Shown piece by piece: positions 43,992-53,095 of a stretch of DNA of 64,000 nucleotides. Within the stretch, counting starts at the first letter, position 1; every line of letters begins with the position of its first letter. Position numbers and translations under genes: made by a program. Source of the stretch: an uncultured archaeon (lineage in GTDB: Archaea > Thermoplasmatota > Penumbrarchaeia > JASLWR01); contig CAYFHS010000012.1 in the NCBI GenBank assembly GCA_964342815.1, positions 42,421 through 106,420 of the forward strand, written 5' to 3'. The notes under the pieces are model-generated. The model searched no databases, was not told the origin of the DNA, and was given only the letters and a program-made list of their open reading frames with translations.

Positions 43992-46900
43992 ATGGTGGTC
44001 TGGAATATCAAAGAGAGTTCAATCCACATTCCTTGGTCCCACAAGACCTATTCCCTATTTGGTTTTGTAGTGGTCACACTGCTTTTGCTGACCAGCATGG
44101 GGGTGATCATACCATATCATTTAAAATCCGCCTCAGAAAATAATATATTTCTTTTACAGACCATTAATAAATACAATGGAAAAGAAAGGGGTGCTGCTGG
44201 AATAATCAAAGGCCCGTATCTCCAGAACGTGACTGCCAACAGCATATACATAATGTGGGAGACCCAGGGAGAGGGAGACAGTAAGGTGGAGTATGGTCTC
44301 ACCTCTTCGTATGATCGATGGGTTCACCAGATTGATGCAAAGACGATCCATGAGGTCAATCTAACCGGGTTGAATTCGGGGGCGATCTACCACTATCGAG
44401 TAAGTTCTTCCGGTATTCTGAGCGATGATTATACATTCACCACAGCTCCGCATCCCGCAGAAACTTATACCTTTTTAGCACTAGGTGATACCCGAACACT
44501 TCACAACCAGCACAGGGCGGTAGTGAATTCCATGAGACAAGAAGCAGCGGATTTCGTCATAAATACGGGTGATCTTGTGGAATCCGGGGAAGAACAAGAA
44601 CAATGGGATACCTTCTTTAATATCTCAGATGGGATAATGCATTCTTGGGTATACTGGCCCGTCCTCGGTAACCATGAACATCACGGCGAACCGTATTTCA
44701 GATATTTTTCATTACCGGGGAACGAGTACTGGTATGCGTTCGACTACGGCAATCTTCGTTTTATCGCACTGGATTCGACACAGAATTGGAGGAAGGGAAC
44801 CGACCAGTACAATTGGCTTATAACAGAACTTCAGAATGCTAGTATTGGACGCCGTTTCATAATTGTGGCTTTTCACCATCCGATCTACAATACCGGAGTG
44901 GGACACGGTGAGAGTAATCCAACGGGCCCCGATGACGATTACTATGAAATGAGGGAAACGCTGGCCCCGCTTTTCGAGACCTACGGGGTAGAACTTGTGC
45001 TCAATGGTCATGAGCATATATATGAGCACAATCTTGTGAACGATGTTCATTATGTGGTAACAGGAGGCGGTGGGGCGCCTTTGAGCCTGCCAGGATTCAG
45101 CAAGGAGTGGACCGTATCCAATGCAAGAGCATATCATTATATGCGAATAGAGATGAGTCCCTTCTCAGCCAAGGTGACCGCCCAAGGAATTGACGGTTCC
45201 GTTCTTGACAGTTTTGTTATTTCGATTCCCTTCTTCGATTTTCCTCCCGCCAACGTCACAGACCTGAATGCCGTAGATACGCCTAATGACAACGGCGGAA
45301 GCATAACCTTGACCTGGAATTTGTCGGCAGATGATGGGGGGGGTTGGGACGATGTTTCCCACTATGCATTGGAGAGGGCCACTGGAGAATCCGGACCATG
45401 GTCTCTTATTGACATTCTACCTGCAGGCACACTTTCCTATATCGATACCACCACCGACGGTACAGAATACTTCTACCGTATGATAACGAAGGATAGGAAT
45501 AAAACCAATACTGGCCCGGTCGGTGGTCCCGCCAGATCCCTTGATAACGTTCCCCCGCACCCTCCATCTCTTCTCCATGGTTACGATACACCCGGAGACG
45601 ATGGTTACTCACTGACGCTTGAATGGGTGCCATCTGCCGATGAGGAACATGGAGCCGGATCGGGCGATGTGATAAGATATCTAATCGGCAGAGGGGTGAT
45701 TCCCAGGCAAAGTACCAATATCACATCCAACGAAGATGCTTATGCAAATGTGACTGCAGGCGTTCACTCTTACACTGATACGAATGCGGATATGAATGTT
45801 TTTTATTATTACACTGTTTACGCTGATGACGGGACATTTCTTTCCGAACCATCCAATACCGAGGGACCGTTGAGATCAAGAAATGACAGGGCACCATATA
45901 AGCCCCACTCTCTAAAGGCAACAAATATAAAAGGGAACAGTGTGGACCTGACTTGGAACGCTGTGACCGATACGGACCTGGCTGCTTATGAAGTTTTCAT
46001 TAGTCCAGATGTAATTTCCGCAGATTATAAAAAACGCAGCAACGGGGATTTTTTCTTTTTTAAATCCACATCTCCGGAGAATAATTCATGCATGATCACC
46101 GGTCTAGCGGATGATACGACTTACAAGTTCAAGGTTAGAGCATTGGATACTGTAAATAACACCTCCCCGTTCTCCAATATGGTTGAAGTGAAAACACCGG
46201 ATATTACGCCCCCTCCAGCCCCGAGAATGGATAATCTCGGAATAACAATCACCAATAATCCCCGTCTTACAGTAACAGGAGTGAGCATCGATGGTATGAT
46301 GGTGACGGTCACGATAAATGGTGAGGAGCGAGATCAAATAGAGGTTGACCAAGAAGACGGGACCTTTGCAGCTTCACTGGTACTGGATGAGGGATTCAAC
46401 GTCATAAGTTGCTTTGCAGTGGATGCCAGCGGTAATATCGGCCATTTATCCAATACAATAGAGATCACACTTGACACCATTCCCCCTTCTGTCAGTAAAG
46501 TTACACCCAGGGATAATGAGGCATCCGCTCCTCTGGACTCCTATATCACCATTTTCTTCACGGAACCTGTTAGTATGATTGGCATACCTCAACCGGATAC
46601 CTATTGTAAAAATCACAATATTGAATTTATACCTTCCCTTTCTGGAAACGGGTCAATATTGACGCTGCCTCCAGGGAATCTGCTCCGACCAGGAACGCTA
46701 TATATGGTATCCCTTCAGAACTCGATTCGGGATACAGCAGGAAATCAGATGAAGGAACCCTATAGCTGGTCCTTTACAACAACTGCTGAGCCATTATTTT
46801 CCGGTCCGGAAATTATTCATTCGATCCCTTCGTCACCATATGGGACAATAATCGGGGAAAAAGTGGAATTGGAAATAGCAGTTTATGATCCGGATACTCC

Positions 46901-47432
46901 CAACTCAAAACTATCAATAACGTGGTTCAAGAACGAAAAAGTAATTGCTGAAGTAGATAAAGATATTATGAAATTTGTTCTCGGGACAGAGAGAGAAAAC
47001 CCGGGTTGTTCATACGAAATAAAAGTGGATGTTTCGGATGGAAGAAGCAAAATTTCCCATACTTGGATCATAATTCTTTTCTCGCCCGAAAGCGATATTG
47101 ACCGCGACGGTATGGGAGATGCGTGGGAAACAAACAATGGGATGGACTGGACCGACCCGCTGGATGGTGGGCTGGATTACGATGGTGATGGGATTAGCAA
47201 TCTCGAAGAGTTCCTTGGAAAAAGCGACCCATTGAACTCATTATCAATCCCTACCGGTGAGGAGGATGAAGACTCGTCGGAAAGAAAGGCGAGCTTGTTT
47301 TCAAGTTTTTTATTTTGGCTGATTGGAATCATTTTTTTCCTGTTAATATTATTAGTTACATTTATCACTTATAGAAATAGGGCAAATAAAAATCGAATCA
47401 AAGAAGAAAACGACGATTTAGGATCAGGTTAA
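43992..47432 (+). CDS. surface-anchored purple-acid-phosphatase-like metallophosphoesterase with FN3, Ig-like and Ca-binding repeats
   Basis: 1146 aa with an N-terminal anchor/signal. PAP N-domain KGPYLQNVTANSIYIMWET...YHYRV. Metallophosphatase motifs LGDTR, NTGDLVE, GNHEHH, FHHP and GHEH. Several FN3-like modules, a TSP3/dockerin-like DIDRDGMGDAWE...DYDGDGISNLEEF, and a C-terminal TM. Confidence 0.85.
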   Translation: MVVWNIKESSIHIPWSHKTYSLFGFVVVTLLLLTSMGVIIPYHLKSASENNIFLLQTINKYNGKERGAAGIIKGPYLQNVTANSIYIMWETQGEGDSKVEYGLTSSYDRWVHQIDAKTIHEVNLTGLNSGAIYHYRVSSSGILSDDYTFTTAPHPAETYTFLALGDTRTLHNQHRAVVNSMRQEAADFVINTGDLVESGEEQEQWDTFFNISDGIMHSWVYWPVLGNHEHHGEPYFRYFSLPGNEYWYAFDYGNLRFIALDSTQNWRKGTDQYNWLITELQNASIGRRFIIVAFHHPIYNTGVGHGESNPTGPDDDYYEMRETLAPLFETYGVELVLNGHEHIYEHNLVNDVHYVVTGGGGAPLSLPGFSKEWTVSNARAYHYMRIEMSPFSAKVTAQGIDGSVLDSFVISIPFFDFPPANVTDLNAVDTPNDNGGSITLTWNLSADDGGGWDDVSHYALERATGESGPWSLIDILPAGTLSYIDTTTDGTEYFYRMITKDRNKTNTGPVGGPARSLDNVPPHPPSLLHGYDTPGDDGYSLTLEWVPSADEEHGAGSGDVIRYLIGRGVIPRQSTNITSNEDAYANVTAGVHSYTDTNADMNVFYYYTVYADDGTFLSEPSNTEGPLRSRNDRAPYKPHSLKATNIKGNSVDLTWNAVTDTDLAAYEVFISPDVISADYKKRSNGDFFFFKSTSPENNSCMITGLADDTTYKFKVRALDTVNNTSPFSNMVEVKTPDITPPPAPRMDNLGITITNNPRLTVTGVSIDGMMVTVTINGEERDQIEVDQEDGTFAASLVLDEGFNVISCFAVDASGNIGHLSNTIEITLDTIPPSVSKVTPRDNEASAPLDSYITIFFTEPVSMIGIPQPDTYCKNHNIEFIPSLSGNGSILTLPPGNLLRPGTLYMVSLQNSIRDTAGNQMKEPYSWSFTTTAEPLFSGPEIIHSIPSSPYGTIIGEKVELEIAVYDPDTPNSKLSITWFKNEKVIAEVDKDIMKFVLGTERENPGCSYEIKVDVSDGRSKISHTWIIILFSPESDIDRDGMGDAWETNNGMDWTDPLDGGLDYDGDGISNLEEFLGKSDPLNSLSIPTGEEDEDSSERKASLFSSFLFWLIGIIFFLLILLVTFITYRNRANKNRIKEENDDLGSG

Positions 47433-47485
47433 GCACAATGCTAAGTCATTAATTCTAACCATCCCGTCAGTTAATATTAATTAAC

Positions 47486-48169
47486 TCATTTCAATTCGTC
47501 TAAAAGTTCCATTACTTTCGTCTTGATGATATCAAAAGTTTTCCTGTATTCTTCTATGTCCTTCCCTTTAGGGTCCTCAATGTCCCACATAATAAGCCTG
47601 GACTCTTTATTTGGTAAATTGTCTGCCAGGTCGTCACCCATTCCCAGCTGTTTTCTAATAAGGTCGAGGGAATCGTCGGGAGCATCATCCGAGAGAAGAC
47701 ATCCGAGATCACATCCGAAAGTTACAACCACGTCAGAATCGATCATTCTCGGGGCCTTCGTCGGCTTCCCCTCCCAATCAATTCCATTCTCCCGAAGCAT
47801 ATCCACCATGGTGGGATCGACCTTTTCCGCAGGATTGGTACCACCACTTTCGAAGATCAACCTTGAATTCGTATTCAATTCAGTTGCCAATGCTTCCGCA
47901 ATCTGGCTTCTCAATGAGTTCTCCCTGCACATGAAAAGCACCGTAAGTTTCTTCATTTTCCGATAAAGCTCTTCTCCGACGCAGTCCTTGGCATATTTGC
48001 ACCATTGAATGCAGTTCTGCAGGTCGTTGTATACGCTGAAACCGCATTTATCACATTGGATCACAGTATCTATTGAGAAGAGTTCCACGTCGGACCCGCA
48101 TTCCGGACATTTTTTTATCTTCAACGTCGGTGTTTTCACATTGAAGGTACCTGGGCATCCCATTACCAT
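47486..48169 (-). CDS. LMW-PTP / ArsC-family (thioredoxin-coupled arsenate reductase-like) protein with an N-terminal Cys-rich zinc-ribbon domain
   Basis: ATG 48169 with an AGGTGA RBS is preferred over the track's GTG 48178. Zn ribbon CPECG...CDKCG plus CIQWCKYAKDC. P-loop VLFMCRENSLRSQ (C-x5-R-S). Downstream GCDLGC. Confidence 0.7.
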   Translation of the reverse strand: MVMGCPGTFNVKTPTLKIKKCPECGSDVELFSIDTVIQCDKCGFSVYNDLQNCIQWCKYAKDCVGEELYRKMKKLTVLFMCRENSLRSQIAEALATELNTNSRLIFESGGTNPAEKVDPTMVDMLRENGIDWEGKPTKAPRMIDSDVVVTFGCDLGCLLSDDAPDDSLDLIRKQLGMGDDLADNLPNKESRLIMWDIEDPKGKDIEEYRKTFDIIKTKVMELLDELK

Positions 48170-48180
48170 TTTTCTCACCT

Positions 48181-49803
48181 TTACCTTTCTTTCTTAATCC
48201 AATAGGGATGGGAAATATCCTCGAATGCGGCAATGGCAGCAGTCGATCCTTCACCCACCGCAGTTACGATCTGACGTACTCCTCCGGTAACATCCCCAGC
48301 AGCATATATTCGGGGTATGTTCGTTCTGCATTTTCGGTCAACTTCGATGTAACCGGACCCGTCGAGCTTCACCCCGATCTCCCCGGCAATCCTGGAATTT
48401 GGAATTTCCCCGATGGCCACGAATATTCCCTCCACCTTAAGGTTCTTCACATCACCCGTTACAACGTTTTCGAGTTTCACTCCCACCAATTCTTCATCTT
48501 TGCCCACAATTTTTGTCACTATAGAATTCCATTTTACATGCATGCCTTCTCTCACAACCGCCTCCTGAAGATACGCTTCGCCTCTGAACTCATCCCGACG
48601 GTGAACAATTGTTACCTTGGCACCAAGGTTCTTAAGATATAGTGCATCAGTCAGGGCGTTATTCCCACCGCCAACAATGATCACTTTCTTTTCCTTGTAG
48701 AGATATCCGTCGCAGGTTGCGCAATAGCTGACGCCGTGCCCGGAGAACCTTGCTTCACCCGGTACGTCAAGTTTCTTGTGCGACGCCCCAGTTGCTATAA
48801 TGAGTGCTTTTCCCACGTAATTATTCCGGTTCGTAATTGCCTCGATATTTCGGCCCACCTTGATCTCGCGAACCCCTTCCCCCTGACGAATATGTGTATA
48901 ATTACCTGCCTGTGCGCTTATTATATCCATTAATTTCTTTCCAGGAATATTTGCATAACCCGGATAATTCTCCACAACCGGAGTGACCGAAACCTGTCCT
49001 CCGATGGTCGCTTCTTCCAGAACAACGGTACGCAGCCCGCTTCGCTCCCCGTAGATCGCAGCGGTAAGTCCTGCAGGACCCGCACCCGCGATGATCAGGT
49101 CAACCTTTACTATCTCTCCCCTCACGTCCGGCTCAAACTCTTCAGCTGGTTCCAAACTCAGTAGTTCTGCCATGAATCTCTCTTCAGGCTCCAATCCCCT
49201 GCTCACAGTAATATCGTTTATAATTGTATGAGGAACCGAGCCAACCTTGTAATTTTTAGCGAGGTCTGGGTTCTCAGTAGATTCCACACATTCGGCCGAA
49301 ATGAACTCCGGTCTCTCAATGGCGGCTCTGAAAGCGTTCAATACCTGGCCGGGACAGTATGGGCACCCGGGGGTGACATAGACCTGAACATGCCGTTTCT
49401 CTGTAATCTCGTCCAAGATCTTGCGGGAATCATCAGATAGACCGCTTTTTCCTTTCGAGATCAGCATAATGGTCTCGATGAAAGAGCGCCCTTCCTCGCC
49501 CACCGGGGCCCCCGTATAACGTATATTGTATTCCTCGGGATTGATCAGAACGGTAGGCGACCGCGTAACCTTGTATTTTACGGATTTTTTATTTCCTAGA
49601 ATATTTACCCTCGCTTCGATCTTCTCACTAAGCCTAGCAAGATCATTGACAAACATCATCGTCAGAATATTGTAGGGATTCTCCGTACCCTCGTCCACAA
49701 AGACTTCGAGAATCACCTTACGGTCCAGCTCCCCGAACCTCTCCAGTAACATTTCCCTGCTTTCCTCCGGGATAAACCAATTATTCTGTTTATCATCGGT
49801 CAT
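48181..49803 (-). CDS. thioredoxin-reductase fused to an N-terminal double thioredoxin-fold (AhpF-N / PDO-like) domain
   Basis: ATG 49803 with a GGTGA RBS is preferred over the track's GTG 49812. N-domain CPYC, FAD motif IIAGAGPAGLTAAIY, redox CATC(DG), NAD(P)H motif IIVGGGNNALTDALYL. Confidence 0.85.
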   Translation of the reverse strand: MTDDKQNNWFIPEESREMLLERFGELDRKVILEVFVDEGTENPYNILTMMFVNDLARLSEKIEARVNILGNKKSVKYKVTRSPTVLINPEEYNIRYTGAPVGEEGRSFIETIMLISKGKSGLSDDSRKILDEITEKRHVQVYVTPGCPYCPGQVLNAFRAAIERPEFISAECVESTENPDLAKNYKVGSVPHTIINDITVSRGLEPEERFMAELLSLEPAEEFEPDVRGEIVKVDLIIAGAGPAGLTAAIYGERSGLRTVVLEEATIGGQVSVTPVVENYPGYANIPGKKLMDIISAQAGNYTHIRQGEGVREIKVGRNIEAITNRNNYVGKALIIATGASHKKLDVPGEARFSGHGVSYCATCDGYLYKEKKVIIVGGGNNALTDALYLKNLGAKVTIVHRRDEFRGEAYLQEAVVREGMHVKWNSIVTKIVGKDEELVGVKLENVVTGDVKNLKVEGIFVAIGEIPNSRIAGEIGVKLDGSGYIEVDRKCRTNIPRIYAAGDVTGGVRQIVTAVGEGSTAAIAAFEDISHPYWIKKER

Positions 49804-49873
49804 CCGACTCACCTTTTTTTTAGCTTATAACCTATTAATCCTGTCCCAAAAGTCGACACGAAAAAACCGAGAA

Positions 49874-50413
49874 CTAACCAAAACTGAACTGTTGGAATCG
49901 ATCGGCCTTCACCTTGCATATGGGACAGATGGGAGGAGGATATTCCCTGGCACATAGATAACCGCATACCTCACATCGCCATACTTTTATTGAAGTTTTC
50001 TTTCGGTCAACCGGGACTGCATCACTTTCCAATAAAGGCGTTTCCCGCACGGAATCATCCCCGTCACATTCATAGTCATTGGCAGCTTTCTGAACCTCTG
50101 GGGGTCGCCGTTCAGGGATCGGTCCCATGAGTGAAGGATCGTCGGTAATTTCTTTCGAGACAAAAAGCGCGCAGTAACACATCCCGAACTCGTCGACATC
50201 TGCATCACGGTACTCACAGGGGCACATGATATCCCCGTCATAGATCTTGCTGCCCACTGCCACCCTGCAAGGACAGGAACCGTAACCGTAGCGCTCCTCG
50301 TTCGTCGAGAGACCATCAATCAGATCATCGAGAAGCTCCTTGTCCGGGCAAAGAAAATAACCGTTATTGGCAGCATTTTTCTTCATACGCGAGAGGACAT
50401 TGGCAGTACTCAT
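49874..50413 (-). CDS. ferredoxin:disulfide (thioredoxin) reductase catalytic-subunit-like protein fused to a C-terminal rubredoxin
   Basis: 179 aa. The FTR-type Cys pattern is CPCR...CPCEYRD...CYCALF. The C-terminal WRCEVCGY...CPICK is a rubredoxin-type 4-Cys site. Confidence 0.8.
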   Translation of the reverse strand: MSTANVLSRMKKNAANNGYFLCPDKELLDDLIDGLSTNEERYGYGSCPCRVAVGSKIYDGDIMCPCEYRDADVDEFGMCYCALFVSKEITDDPSLMGPIPERRPPEVQKAANDYECDGDDSVRETPLLESDAVPVDRKKTSIKVWRCEVCGYLCAREYPPPICPICKVKADRFQQFSFG

Positions 50414-50700
50414 TTAACAAGCACCTCACGGATCCGGTCTTCTTTGAATCCCACGATTACTTCTGTGCCGTTGTCCACAACCAAAGTGGGAAAACTCCTC
50501 CGCGGATTATGTTTTCTGGCCTCTTCCATGACCTTCTTCTTCTCATCACCGTGAAGAAGGTCCACATCAACATACTCGTATTCGATATTGAGAGCCTGCA
50601 GCAGTCTTTTCAGCTTTTTGCACCAGCCACAGGTGCTGAGAGTATAGATCGAAACGTGATGTTCACAATTCTTTCCCGGGACATTTTTCATACATTTCAT
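50410..50700 (-). CDS. glutaredoxin / NrdH-like small thioredoxin-fold protein
   Basis: The start is reset to ATG 50700 (MKCMKNV...), 1 nt after the iscU stop. CGWC active site and a Grx-like ...FPTLVVDNGTEVIVGF.... Its stop overlaps the start of the FTR-rubredoxin gene by 4 nt. Confidence 0.75.
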   Translation of the reverse strand: MKCMKNVPGKNCEHHVSIYTLSTCGWCKKLKRLLQALNIEYEYVDVDLLHGDEKKKVMEEARKHNPRRSFPTLVVDNGTEVIVGFKEDRIREVLVK

Positions 50701-50701
50701 T

Positions 50702-51142
50702 TCACTCACACTCCATATCATAGGTTTCGGGGATCGAGCTGGATATATCCGAACCGTCCCCCTCCCCATTCTTCTCTTTGAAGTTCTTTATCGCTGCGTG
50801 CAGAGCGTCTGCTGCCAAGTTAGAACAGTGCATTTTCAAGGGAGGCAGGCCGTCAAGCTCGTTGGCAACATCATTGCGTGTGATTTTCAATGCCTCGTCC
50901 ACATTCATTCCGGTGGCCAATTCAGTAACCATACTGCTAGTAGCAATGGCTGATCCGCATCCAAAGGTTCTGAACTTAATATCGGTGATTATTTCGTCCT
51001 CCACCTTGATGAATATCTCCATGACGTCTCCGCAAACGGGATTGCCAACCTTCCCGTAACCGTCATTGTCCTCGATGACCCCCACGTTTCTCGGGTTCAT
51101 GAAATGGTCCATGACCTTCTTGGTGTATCCTACTTGTGCCAT
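50702..51142 (-). CDS. iscU: Fe-S cluster scaffold IscU/NifU-N
   Basis: 146 aa with a GGAGGTGA RBS. MDHFMNPRNVG, GNPVCGDVM, FGCGSAIATSS and LPPLKMHCSNLA are the three conserved Cys contexts. Confidence 0.9.
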   Translation of the reverse strand: MAQVGYTKKVMDHFMNPRNVGVIEDNDGYGKVGNPVCGDVMEIFIKVEDEIITDIKFRTFGCGSAIATSSMVTELATGMNVDEALKITRNDVANELDGLPPLKMHCSNLAADALHAAIKNFKEKNGEGDGSDISSSIPETYDMECE

Positions 51143-51169
51143 ATCTTTTCACCTCCATATTATTTATCA

Positions 51170-52321
51170 TTACAACGGTGACAACATTCTGAGTCTATTT
51201 ACAGTATTCTTTGACGCTTCCACCACCCGCAGTACTTCATCCATCGTATTTCCACGCCCCAACGTCAAGACCATGGAGCCATGGGCTTCCTCGTGCTTCA
51301 GCCCGATGGCCAGTAGAACATGGGAGGGCTCGAGAGTCTTCGAGGAGCATGCCGAACCTGTGGAAACTGGTATACCGTACATGTCCATTGACAGCAAGAT
51401 GCTTTCGCCCTCGATCCTGCTGAAGCGGAAACTTGCATGATTCGGTAGACGCTTTGAGGGATGCCCCGTGAGATACGACTCATCTATTTTTAATATTCCC
51501 TTTATCAGTTCGTCCCTAATAAGGGTCAACCGACGGCTTTCCGCATTCATTTCACTTTTCACGATACGTGCAGCTTCGCCCATACCGGCTATTGCGAATA
51601 GGTTCTCCGTGCCTGATCGAATCCCACGCTCCTGCCCCCCGCCCGGTAGTATGGATTGGATCTTCACCCCTGGTTTAACATACAGGGCACCGGCGCCCGG
51701 GGGACCATAGATATCGTTCGAGGAGATGGTGAGAAGATCTATCCCGTCATCTTGCACATCCACGGGTATTCGTCCCACGGCAGCAGTTGCATCCACATGC
51801 AGGTAAGAGCCTTTCTCATGAACGATCTCGCTTATTTCCTTTATGGGTTCTATGGTACCGATCTCGTTGTTCGCATACATTATGGAGGTCAAAACGGTTT
51901 CCTCGCTCAAAGTATTTCTAAGTGATTTGATATCCAAGATACCGGTAGAATCCACAGGGATCAATTTCAATTCATATCCATTCTTCTGAAGCTCTTTCAT
52001 GGGATTGAGGACTGACATGTGATCAATTGCACTTGCAGCAAGCTTCTTTCCCTTTACCGGATTCCGAAGAGCCGTTCCCTTGATAGCCAGGTTATTGGCT
52101 TCGGTTGCACCGGAAGTAAATATGATACATTTTTCACTTTCGGCATTGATTAGCTCGGCGATACTCGCCCTGGCTTCTTCCAGCTCCCTTCGCGCCTCGA
52201 GACCTGATGAATGAAGCGAAGAGGGATTGCCGAAATCGATCATTAAAAAGCGTTTCGCATATTCAAGTACCCGGGGGTCCACCGGCATGGATGATGCATG
52301 ATCCAGATATATACGTTCCAT
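51170..52321 (-). CDS. iscS: cysteine desulfurase (IscS/NifS class)
   Basis: The start is reset to ATG 52321 (MERIYLDHAS...), which avoids overlap with the upstream gene. PLP-region ...FTSGATEANNLAIKG..., ...HVDATAAVG..., and the active-site loop SGSACSS. Confidence 0.9.
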   Translation of the reverse strand: MERIYLDHASSMPVDPRVLEYAKRFLMIDFGNPSSLHSSGLEARRELEEARASIAELINAESEKCIIFTSGATEANNLAIKGTALRNPVKGKKLAASAIDHMSVLNPMKELQKNGYELKLIPVDSTGILDIKSLRNTLSEETVLTSIMYANNEIGTIEPIKEISEIVHEKGSYLHVDATAAVGRIPVDVQDDGIDLLTISSNDIYGPPGAGALYVKPGVKIQSILPGGGQERGIRSGTENLFAIAGMGEAARIVKSEMNAESRRLTLIRDELIKGILKIDESYLTGHPSKRLPNHASFRFSRIEGESILLSMDMYGIPVSTGSACSSKTLEPSHVLLAIGLKHEEAHGSMVLTLGRGNTMDEVLRVVEASKNTVNRLRMLSPL

Positions 52322-52331
52322 AGGCTCATCT

Positions 52332-52700
52332 CTAAAACCACATTGTTGCACCGGCATCGAGGGACAGGTCGTTCAAGGTACCGGCTCCCACGATTTTAAC
52401 TCCGGGGATAAATTCCACCTTATCAAGTCCCAGCATCTGCTTTGATGCCTCGCATACATATATCGTTATTCCCATTTCGAGGGTTTTTTGAATCATCTCC
52501 GCAACACTTGGAAATGATCCGAGTTTTATCTTCTCGGCTTCGCCTGGCATCAATAATTTGAGGCCAGTACCGAGATAATAGACTTCCGCTTTTATATCCA
52601 TCATCTTTGCAGTCTGCGCCAACACCAGCGGCGAATACTGTTTTTCAGGATTGTCGGTGGTCTGCACATACAGAATATAGTTCTCATCTTTCATATTCAT
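52332..52700 (-). CDS. DsrE/DsrF-like (COG2044-type) sulfur-relay / peroxiredoxin-family protein
   Basis: 122 aa with a GGGAGG RBS. The pattern is a DsrE-like alpha/beta fold, with a conserved Cys in the YVCEAS context. Confidence 0.65.
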   Translation of the reverse strand: MNMKDENYILYVQTTDNPEKQYSPLVLAQTAKMMDIKAEVYYLGTGLKLLMPGEAEKIKLGSFPSVAEMIQKTLEMGITIYVCEASKQMLGLDKVEFIPGVKIVGAGTLNDLSLDAGATMWF

Positions 52701-52757
52701 ATACCTCCCATATACTTTCCTTCTTTCAAATTAAGAAATATAACAGCAGTATCCACG

Positions 52758-53000
52758 TCATTTCATTCGTCTGATAAAAAAGGTCATTATTGATCCTTCT
52801 TTTTCAAATTTCAGCACATCGTGACCGGTTCTTTTGGCCCATCGTTTGATATCCTCTTCCGCAGCTGGATCGTCGGCTTCAATTTTCAATACTTGACCCA
52901 CCTCTATCTTGTCTATTCCCTCCTTAGTCATTGAGATGGGCATAGGACAGTAAAAACCCACGCAGTCCAATTCCGCGTCAATTGCGATATCCGATGACAT
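52758..53000 (-). CDS. TusA/SirA-like sulfurtransferase
   Basis: The start is reset to ATG 53000 (MSSDIAIDAELDCVGFYCPMP...) with a GGAGGA RBS. The track's TTG at 53099 adds 33 unsupported residues. The CPxP motif (CPMP) is the TusA persulfide-carrier signature. Confidence 0.8.
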   Translation of the reverse strand: MSSDIAIDAELDCVGFYCPMPISMTKEGIDKIEVGQVLKIEADDPAAEEDIKRWAKRTGHDVLKFEKEGSIMTFFIRRMK

Positions 53001-53095
53001 TTTCAATTCCTCCAATTGCTTTTCGTACATTGCCCTGGCTATTTCGATTAATCTAGGTGGCAGACCTGTGTCAGGTCTATTTATGAAAGAGAGAA

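Noticed and set aside
44712-45137. A 141-aa minus-strand ORF. The same applies to 58273..58776 and 58392..58736 inside the PAS gene.
   Set aside because: These are antisense to genes with clear catalytic or PAS motifs, and they have no motifs of their own.
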